In this document: positions 55,514 to 64,000 of the stretch, piece after piece
How positions within the stretch are numbered: the first letter of the stretch is position 1
How the letters are laid out: each line of letters opens with the position of its first letter
Source of the DNA: Toensbergia leucococca
Taxonomy: Eukaryota
Assembly (NCBI GenBank): GCA_022813965.1
Contig: JALDZS010000068.1
Span: forward strand, 1-64,000
Reading direction: 5' to 3'
DNA: 64,000 nucleotides
Position numbers and translations under genes: made by a program
Notes under the pieces: model-generated
What the model saw: the letters and a program-made list of their open reading frames with translations, nothing else
Told to the model about the DNA's origin: nothing
Databases searched by the model: none

Positions 55514-57019
55514 ATGGATAGCCACGACATGGATGTTGATATGGACATCGATCTAGGTCCCCTTGATGACATTGACATTGATCCGCCAGTGAGCAGTTCC
55601 AAAGTCTCATTACCTCCTCACAAACACTTAGACCTGATGGATCTTTAGGAAATCGAACAGCCCTCCATCGCAAGCGTACGAGACCACTCCCAACCTCCAA
55701 CCATCGATTCTGAACAGACGACTCCTCACAAGATCCATGTAAGGGGTGTTGATGACCTCACAACCAACGATATTAAGTCCTTTTCGGCCGAACATTTTCC
55801 GTCTGACCCACCAACTCGAATCGAGTGGATCGACGACACCTCTGCCAACATAGTTTTTGACACTCCTTCTACAGCTTTCAAAGCTCTCAATTGTTTCACC
55901 TCGCCCTCAATCGATGACCTTGCTTCCATTCCCACTGTTCAGCTTCGAGCAGCCAAGACCTTTTCCACCCACCCAGAATTAAGTCTACAGGTTCGGACAG
56001 CGCTCTTCACCGACCAAAAACGCCCTCGCGCATATGAGGCTAGCAGATTCTATATGATGCATCCAGAGTACGATCCGAGAGAGAAGCGACGTCGTGACCA
56101 TAGTAATCAAGGCGATTATCGAAGGAGAAGATACGGTAATGAAGAACATAGGCGTAGAAGAAACAACGATGATGATCATGGCTTCAATGCTAGCATGTAC
56201 GATGATGATCCAATGGCCTTGGCCGGACGAGAAAGTAAGGCGCCCAGCAAACATGGATCATATTCAGCAGTTTCATCAGACGGTGAGTGTAGTGGCAATG
56301 GGGATAGGCACGACCGGTTTGGTCGACGTCGGGGGGACTCCTTCCGGCCTGGAAGGAATGCAACGAATGAGGAGCGAGCCCGATTTCGTAGTGCGTCTCC
56401 CGACAAAGGCGGTGATAGTAAAATGGACTACTCAGGCCGGCGTAGATCTAGACGAAGGACGCCTCCTCCTCGATATCAAGCTTCTGATCCTCATCCTTTC
56501 CCAAAAGAAAACAAAGGCAAAGAATTGTTCCCTCGGAAGCCTGGTGTGGGTGAGAATGGAAAAGAGCTGTTCCCCAACAAAAGAATCGCTGCCAACCTGA
56601 AGAAAGAACTTTTCCCCCACAAAACAAGCAACCACCGCCGATCTGATGCCTTCGACGCAGCAGATGAAACAGCAGATCTCTTTGCAACAGGGATGCACGT
56701 TCCGTTCACCGATGGTGTCATGGACGTGCCGCCTGCCTCAAGGAGTCTGGCGGAGAGCATCACGATTGCTTCATCGTCTTCTTACGGTCGATTAATCGAC
56801 TCTCCCGATCCCAATTTGGGAGCTAAGGGACTTAGTATTCGAGGAGCATCACAGAACCAAGGCATCTTGATCCGTGGTATTGCCAACGAGGTTCCTCGTG
56901 TTGGCAATGTCAAAGAATTGTTTCCTGGAAAATCATTCAATGCCGGCAAGGAACTCTTTGCTGAGAAGCTATTGGGCAGAGGTGGTAGAAGAAACAAGGC
57001 GGTGGACATGTTCTACTAA
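55514..57019 (+). CDS. Nuclear cap-binding protein subunit 3-like (NCBP3/DUF2414), 2 exons
   Basis: MDSHDMDVDMDIDLG start and an intron at ~55589-55648. RRM-like PHKIHVRGVDDLTT.DIK...RIEWIDDTSANIVF reads in frame into the 321-aa ORF, which has KELFP repeats and ends RRNKAVDMFY*. Confidence 0.87.
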
Positions 57020-57461
57020 GGTTATCTTTGCCTGTGACTCGCAATGTGAGAGCAACAGATTCCTAGCCTCCAACCCTTAGTTGCGTTAAATTGGGCAGCA
57101 TTTGAATCCGGATAGAACCAGCGGTGGCTATTTCTCTCAGCCTCTGGTTGTGAGGGAAGTAGGTGCATATCAATACACTGGTCAGATATCCTCTCCAGCG
57201 TGGTGGTTAGGACATCAATGAATATCAGTCCCAGGTCCTTGTAAGCTTCGTGTAGTAATTTTAGTGAAGCCGGAAATGTGCGTGGCTGTAGGATTTGGCC
57301 GATGTGCTCTTCACAATGGATCAGCAGACTCGTCGACTAAGGTACTCATATGAAGAGAGAATGACGTTGAAGTAGTACCTAGTAGACTCGATAAGCGATA
57401 AGCCCCATCAAAAAGTCGAAAAGCCTGGACCATCAGAGTCATCTCCTACCACAGTCGAATC

Positions 57462-59249
57462 ATGCCCGCCGCCGACTCCCCAGCTGTGCTCGTCGCTCGT
57501 TTTCTCCAAGCAAATCACTACAAGGATGTAAGTCCCACCGATGCACCGCAAACTACGAGACATACAACTGACTGACTACAGACCTTCATCATAGACTCTC
57601 GAAACCTTCCTCAAAGAAGCTGGCTTGCCGCCTGACGCCGGTACCATCGGGAGGGGAGATTTGACCATCGAGAAGATTTTAGAAGAGAAGAAGGTATTTG
57701 ATATCAGCGTAGCCTTTGAGAGAATAGGGGTTGGGCAAGATGGAGGCTGGAGTTTGCCGGGTAAGAGCAGCCGGTTCGCTTTTGCTAGTCTGTATCTTTC
57801 GAGATTTCCTCATGCAAACCGTCTTTATATCTTCCAAGCCACGAGCTCCTCCAGATTCTAGCATGTATGGTTGTTACTGCTGCTGTACTCAATGGAGTAG
57901 TTCAAGTTTTGACCGTCCCAACTCCTTGCTTCATGAATCTTGCCCACTCACTACTTTGTTGAACACTATCCTACGACCTGTCCTACGACGCAAGTCATTT
58001 CCCATGTTCTGATCAAGAGCAAAAGCGTACTTCACCATTGTAGTAGACAACTGAATTCTGATCTGCAGCGCCTTCCAATCCATCGAGAGTATCGGCACTA
58101 CCAACATCGGCGAACCTCCTCCATGTGTCAGTTGAGTCCATCAAAGACGCGCCATTCGCCGGGGAGTCCCAGTTACTGCTCGCAACCACAGCGGATCGCC
58201 GACTGAATTTCTTCTTCCTCGACTCCAAATTCACGCTGTTCAAGTCCCAAAGTCAACTCCAAGACTCTCCAATCCTATCCTGCATAGCTATCGGTAATGG
58301 ATCTCTTACCACTATATCTAGCGGCATGTCCGGCCAGGTCGTGCTCTACGATCACAATGAAGACAGAGTTCTTGAAGAGCGTCGAGACCATAAGAAATAT
58401 GTAGTCAAGGTCATTACATGGGAGGATCTGGATGCTATATATGTGGCATCCGCCGGCTGGGACGGTAAAGTCTTCCTGTATAGAATAGAAAACAAGGAAG
58501 CAGCTAGCCCTCGCTCTTTGGGAGCCCCGATAGCTTCATTGACACTGCCAACAAACCCTGAGACAGTCACGTTTATCAAGCACCCAGATTGCAATCTTCC
58601 AGTCCTCTTAGTAACCCGCAGAGACTCCACATCGATCCACTACTACGCGATCCCATCCGCTAGAGGATCCGAAGAAACCCCGTCGCAGTTGGAGAACCTA
58701 CGATTACTAGGACACCAGAACCTGGCCCCCCATTCCAATGCCTGGATATCATTCTCACCCTCTTCAGTGGCTCTGTCACCCACAGACCCCACTTTGCTTG
58801 CAGTGGCTACATCTGCAGTCCCGCACATGAAACTAATCATTGTTCGTCTCTTACTGCCACCCCTAACCGCCTCGCCTGAGTCTCTTCCCAGGTACGAAAC
58901 ACAGGGGTCACAGACACGCGCACGCCTCGCCGTTCAGGACCGGGAAGACCAGGCAATCCAAGTGCACGTTAGTACGCTGGCTCCACAAACTCTTTACTCC
59001 ACACCGCAGGTATGCTGGCGCCCGGATGGTTCTGGCGTATGGGTCAATGGGGACGATGGCGTATTGCGTGGCGTAGAGGCGAAGACTGGAAAGGTCGTGG
59101 CTACTCTCAAGGACGGACATGAAGTCGGGAGCAAGATCAGGAGTCTGTGGGCTGGGCTGGTGGATACTGAAGGGCAGAAAGAAGAGTGGGTGGTCAGTGG
59201 AGGGTTTGACCGGAGGTTGGTGGTTTGGAAGGTCACTAGCGATACATAA
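57462..59249 (+). CDS. LisH + WD40-repeat protein, 3 exons
   Basis: LisH-like VLVARFLQANHYKD|TLETFLKEAGL; WD repeats ASAGWDGKVFLY, VCWRPDGSGVWVNGDDG and VSGGFDRRLVVWK. Confidence 0.87.
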
Positions 59250-60576
59250 TGCTGCCGCACCACGAAAGTCTCCGCACATCTCTATGCCCATGGTCAATGT
59301 GAAATTGTGTCCAGGTACCGCAGAACCAATGAGCCATTACAGACTCTGCATGAATTTCAAGTGTACTCGTATTGATTTAGCTTCCGAAGTAAGCATGTAA
59401 CCCAATCTCCATGCACCCTCTCACCACGGGTCAACGAAGGAGGGTGTTTGGTAATGAAAGGGTCTGGAAATATATCTCGGCATGATAAGGTATGAACCCT
59501 TTCAGCATCCTGGCATGGAAGCGTCAGGAGCTGTACACACATATGCCCTCGTAACCCGGACACTCTGCACTGCACTGCACATCTCACGTGGAAACACATC
59601 TGAGCACCCATGGGAACAATCTAGAGCACACGAATTGGCTGTGGCATCCCACATTCGGTCGAGCAAGCACCACCATAGCTACCTCCACAATCGCCATACC
59701 CTTCAAGTCCTCCGTCAAGCCGAAATTCATGGAGCATGGAAATCCAACTTCTTCGGCCGTTCTATACCGCATCCCTCTTCCCCTCCTTCATTTCCTTCTA
59801 TGAAAATCATCAGCTCCCTCTATCCTGCAAAAGTTATCAAAGGGAGTGACGCATGCATACCAAAGCCTTCATCGTCCCGTGCAGAGCATGTCTATGATTT
59901 CTTCGGAATTTAGGATCGGTGCCGTTGAGAGAAGGGTAGCGATGCGTCTTTGGTTTTTTGATACTGTCCGACCCATACGAAGCATTAGTAGAGAGTTTTC
60001 GCGCAGCCAGATATCGTGTGAAGGAAGAGGGGGATTTTTGGACGGTGCGGAGACGGACCCGTTACGATGAGCCTTTTTGCTTTGATTGTGCTGCGACGAA
60101 TTCTTCGATTCTGCGCAAAACGTCAGTGGACGCACTGGACATTATCTTACTGATGGTAAGATGAAACTTACTGGCCATTTTGACGAAGTAGTCCTCGACA
60201 GATTGACTGTAATGAATTGAGATTGGATATCAGAAGCTGAGGCTGTGTCTTCGTCTCGCTTGAGCTTTCTGTGCGGGTAGGGCCTAGAGAGTAGGGCTGT
60301 CGATAAAACGATTCGCTTACGGGTACGGATACAGAGTCGAGAGAGTTTGAAGATTTGAGGCTCCATTGGATTAAGAGACCAAGACGTCGTTTGAACAAAT
60401 TCCGTAGCCATCAACTTCGGAAGTTTCCCTGAAAGATTGGATATGCCATGGAGAATCATACGTCTCTATTTATTATATCGCTATCAGGTGATGAAATTGC
60501 ATATATACAGGCGTTTGAACCCCGTTCACCGTGAGTTGCTATATACATCGAAAGATAATGAAAGACACATCAATAA

Positions 60577-61777
60577 TCACTTCGCTACTACAGGCCTTGC
60601 TAGCTTGGCTTTTGTTGCCGCTGCATCTGCAAGCTTGTGCAACTGATCGGATCTGAGCTGGCGGAGGTAGGCGAAAAGCACAACGAAGAGAATCTCCATC
60701 CTAGGTTGCATTAGTGCCGCAACTCAACTGTTCGCAAGCCATTTCTGAAGTGTCACTGACCTCTCTTTGGTCATCATGAGTAGACCTTGAACAAGGATGC
60801 CTTTGGTGATCTGAGGAGCAATGCCCTTGAAGAGGCCCAAAGGTCCTTCATGCTCGATGATGTACGACATCACCTCAACGAAGCTCTTGAACGGCTTACC
60901 TTGCCTCGCAGGGGGTGGGCGCGACTGAAGTCCAACTTTGGCAACAATGAGAGGCTGTGTTACTATGGTTGCGAGCGCTTTCGACATAGCTCCCAGCACT
61001 GAGGATTTATTAGTATATCGATGACAGCTATCGCCCACATTGGAGCTCACAGAATGATTCCCAAGGCCTGAGGTTAGTCCTGCCTGGAAAAAATGCACCC
61101 TTTAACCTCTCGTATGCCCCGTACGTTATTGCAGGATTTACTACGAGCACTAAGCTGGCTTTCAAGCCTCGCCAGAGACCAGTCCATCCATCTTCGCTAT
61201 GCACCACCTCTCGTCCGGTATCTAGCAAGCCTTTCTTGTCACCCTTTGGCTGTGTTTGCTGGCGCGTAGTCACGACGGAGACGGGTATTGTGAAAACCTG
61301 GGCAACTGCTCCGGCTATAGCGCCTAATGAAAGCTCTGTGGCAGTATTTGGGGGTTTGGGTACAATCTGGTATGAGATGTAAAGGCTTCGCACGACCGAG
61401 TACCAGTAGAAATAAGCAAAGTTTGTGGATGCCACACCAATCAGAGATCCATTGATGCCGGAGTACAGTCCGGTAATGCCCTCATCATCGACAATCTTCT
61501 TGATAGCATCCAGGGTCGAGGTATAATGTGCATCATTGACGGTCAGCGGTTTTGAATCGGTTGACCTGTGCTTCACTTGCACCTGGAGCCGCGTCTTGAC
61601 TCTATTCAACAGGCGAATGACTCTTAGCCCTGACTCTCTCCGCGCATTCCTCATGTGCCGCGAGAATACTTACATGTCCAACGGGTAAACCATGGCATTT
61701 GCCAAGACAGCTCCTGTTGCTCCGGCCAAGGCGCTGCCCCATGGCGGTAAGGGCACCTGCCCAGCTTTACTGGCCAT
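60577..61777 (-). CDS. ANT1: Peroxisomal adenine nucleotide carrier (mitochondrial carrier family), 4 exons
   Basis: PPWGSALAGATGAVLANAMVYPLD|VKTRLQVQ; STNFAYFYWY; IPVSVVTTRQQT; LVLVVNPAITYG; LGAMSKALATIVTQPLIVAK; KGILVQGLLMMTKE. Confidence 0.93.
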
Positions 61778-62165
61778 GTGTGATGGATTAGTGACGTAGG
61801 TCGGCAACCAAAGTGTCGGTAGGAAAAGTGGTGAATGGCCAAAGATCAGAGACCTAGGTAGATGATCAATAGCTGGCTTTCAGGCAATGCTCGACAGGGC
61901 GAGGAAGTTGGAGACGGGGTTGAGATTTGAGAATTGAGAATTGGGCAGACCAGAATACATGTGAATGCTACCCTCTGATATCTCGCAATAATCCGGCCCG
62001 CACTCGAGAATAGAATAATTTGCCGAGGCACAAAATAGAATAAGGTATCCGTAACAACGTTGGTGACGTCAGGTTGCAGGAGGCAGGCTTGGCAGGGAGG
62101 CAGGGTACAAACGTCAATGGTGAATCCAGAAAGGGACTCGTCCATCTACCGTACCTTAATTAATC
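61778..62165. promoter_or_regulatory. Short divergent (probably bidirectional) promoter region between ANT1 and palB
   Basis: Head-to-head start codons are ~390 bp apart. Confidence 0.5.
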
Positions 62166-64000
62166 ATGTTGCCCACCTACCAGCTTCCACCGGATCTCCA
62201 TGTCGGCCTTGCTGTCAGTTTTGTTCTTCAGTGACGCAACAGTTCATGCTCAAATGCCATTAGGAAGTAGAATTACGCATTCACAAGGCCAACGATAAGA
62301 ACACTGCCCTACAGGCAACGCTGAATGCCGCTGACTTATGTCTACGTGTGTTGAGTTTGACCTTGGATAAAGCGCACGAAAAGCAATTTGAAAAGAGATT
62401 TAACCATTTGTTGCAACATGCCGAAAACATCAAGGCTTGCGATCAAGGGAGCCCCTTTATCCATGCCATGTCCCCTGCCGCCATGAGACAACAGCTGAAG
62501 GAGCCCATTTCAAGTCGTGCCCTCTCGACTCGAGAAGAAATCATCTTATTGCAAGGATCGAAGCTACATGGATCCATCTTCCCGCCGTGGAAGAGTCCAC
62601 CAGACGCGTCGGAATTTGAGCTGCAGCCAGACCAATCATACTTTGCGTATGTATCAACCATTAAAACGCAAATATCTCCCCTCTCGCCAATTCTAATTCG
62701 CGTAGAGACAAGCCAGATCTTCGGCTTTCTGGTCTGCAGTCAGACATTTTCAATGGCTGGCGGCGACCTGACCAAATCTTTACTCTAACAAGTTCTGGAT
62801 CTTCTAGTTCACCTGCAGCAGCACGCCCCACCATGATCGCTCGTGCCAGCATAGATCTTGTGCAAGATGTTACTACGGATTGTTCTGTCGTGGCGAGCCT
62901 CTGTGCATGTACTGCTACGGAAAAACGTGGTCACTCCAAAGTACCTTCTTGGCGAGGATAAAGACATTTCAGCTCTGACGGATTTCCAGATGCTGACGTC
63001 CAATATTTACCCATATGACCAACACATCATGGAACCCGCCATCTCCCTCAACGGCAAGTACATTTTTCGATTGCACTTCAATGGCTGCTTTCGAAAGGTA
63101 ATTATCGACGAACGTCTACCCTCTTCACGTACGGAACGTGCTCTGCACGTTATTGATCGAAGCAATCCTGGCCTCCTGTGGCCAGCCCTCTTTGAAAAGG
63201 CGTACTTGAAGGTTCGAGGTGGTTATGAGTTCCCCGGAAGTAACTCAGGAACGGATTTGTGGGTCCTGACAGGCTGGATACCCGAGCAGCTCTTTCTTCA
63301 GAGGTAGGGCCATGATCGTATCGTGAGGGTTTGGAGCCCAGAGCTCGTCTGATAGAACCGGTTCTAGTGACGATGTAGTACCGAATGCTGTATGGCATCG
63401 CATGTTTAACGCCTTCAGATATGGGGATATAATAATTACCTTGGGTACTGGAAAATTAACATCGCGCGAAGAAGAGCTATTGGGGTTGGTAGGTGAACAC
63501 GATTATGCGGTTATTGACATGAAAGAGCTTGGTAGCCAAAGACTTTTCCTTGTAAAGAACCCATGGTCAGAAGGCACCGTAGGGCAGAGTAACACTGCTC
63601 CCATCCAGAACGACGTACATTGCGTTGGGGCACCAATGACTACTCCAGGTGTAGCAGATTCCGAAGCTGTAAGGCCTGGGATGTTTTGGTTGGACCTCAG
63701 CAATATTGTCCAGAATTTCGAATCGATTTATCTCAATTGGAACCCAGGCTTATTCTCGTTCAGGGAGGACGTTCACTTTACATGGGATCTTACCGTGTTA
63801 GCTACCCCGGTAGGCTCCTTTTCCAGTAACCCGCAGTACGAAGTCCGCAGTAGCTGTGGCGGGACTGTGTGGCTACTTTTGAGCAGACATTTAAAATCCG
63901 ATACTCTAGCTCCCGCAGGTCCGGAGCCAGGCTCTTCTCAGAACACCGGCGGCGGTTTCGTAAGTTTGTATGCGTTTGGTCAAAGCGGGCAAAGGGTACA
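62166..64000 (+). CDS. palB: Calpain-like protease PalB/Rim13 (5' part, runs off window); start tentative
   Basis: LLQGSKLHGSIFPPW; catalytic Cys in DLVQDVTTDCSVVASLC; FNGCFRKVIIDERLP; EKAYLKVRGGYEFPGSNSGTDLWVLTGWIPE; LVGEHDYAV; KNPW. Confidence 0.95.

Noticed and set aside
59250..60570. ORFs between the convergent WD40 and ANT1 genes (e.g. 59482-59913)
   Set aside because: No recognisable protein features; probably 3' UTR or intergenic sequence.

Overview
This is eukaryotic DNA from a filamentous ascomycete (Pezizomycotina): short GT-AG introns with CTAAC/CTGAC branch sites and recognisable fungal orthologues. There are two compartments. (1) About 1-14,450 is an AT-rich, transition-hypermutated (RIP-like, strongly CpG-depleted) repeat block. 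It holds a decayed Tad-like LINE on the minus strand whose 3' region is tandemly duplicated. A complete 3.5-kb non-coding LTR element is nested in that LINE (197-bp LTRs, 5-bp TSD, three tandem ~680-bp internal units each ending in a polypurine tract), followed by heavily degraded repeat relics. (2) About 14,450-64,000 is gene-dense. It starts with a border gene carrying in-frame stops (probable RIP leakage). Then come a hypothetical protein, an F-box/LRR protein, an ASPM-like CH/IQ protein, VTS1, TFC4, SEC23, RPL12, O-GlcNAc transferase and a FlbD-type Myb factor. These are followed by an unusual PHD-UBA-tandem repeat-Myb/SANT gene, an NCBP3-like gene, a LisH-WD40 gene, peroxisomal carrier ANT1 and the 5' part of calpain PalB. 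Exon boundaries were inferred by eye and no searches were run.
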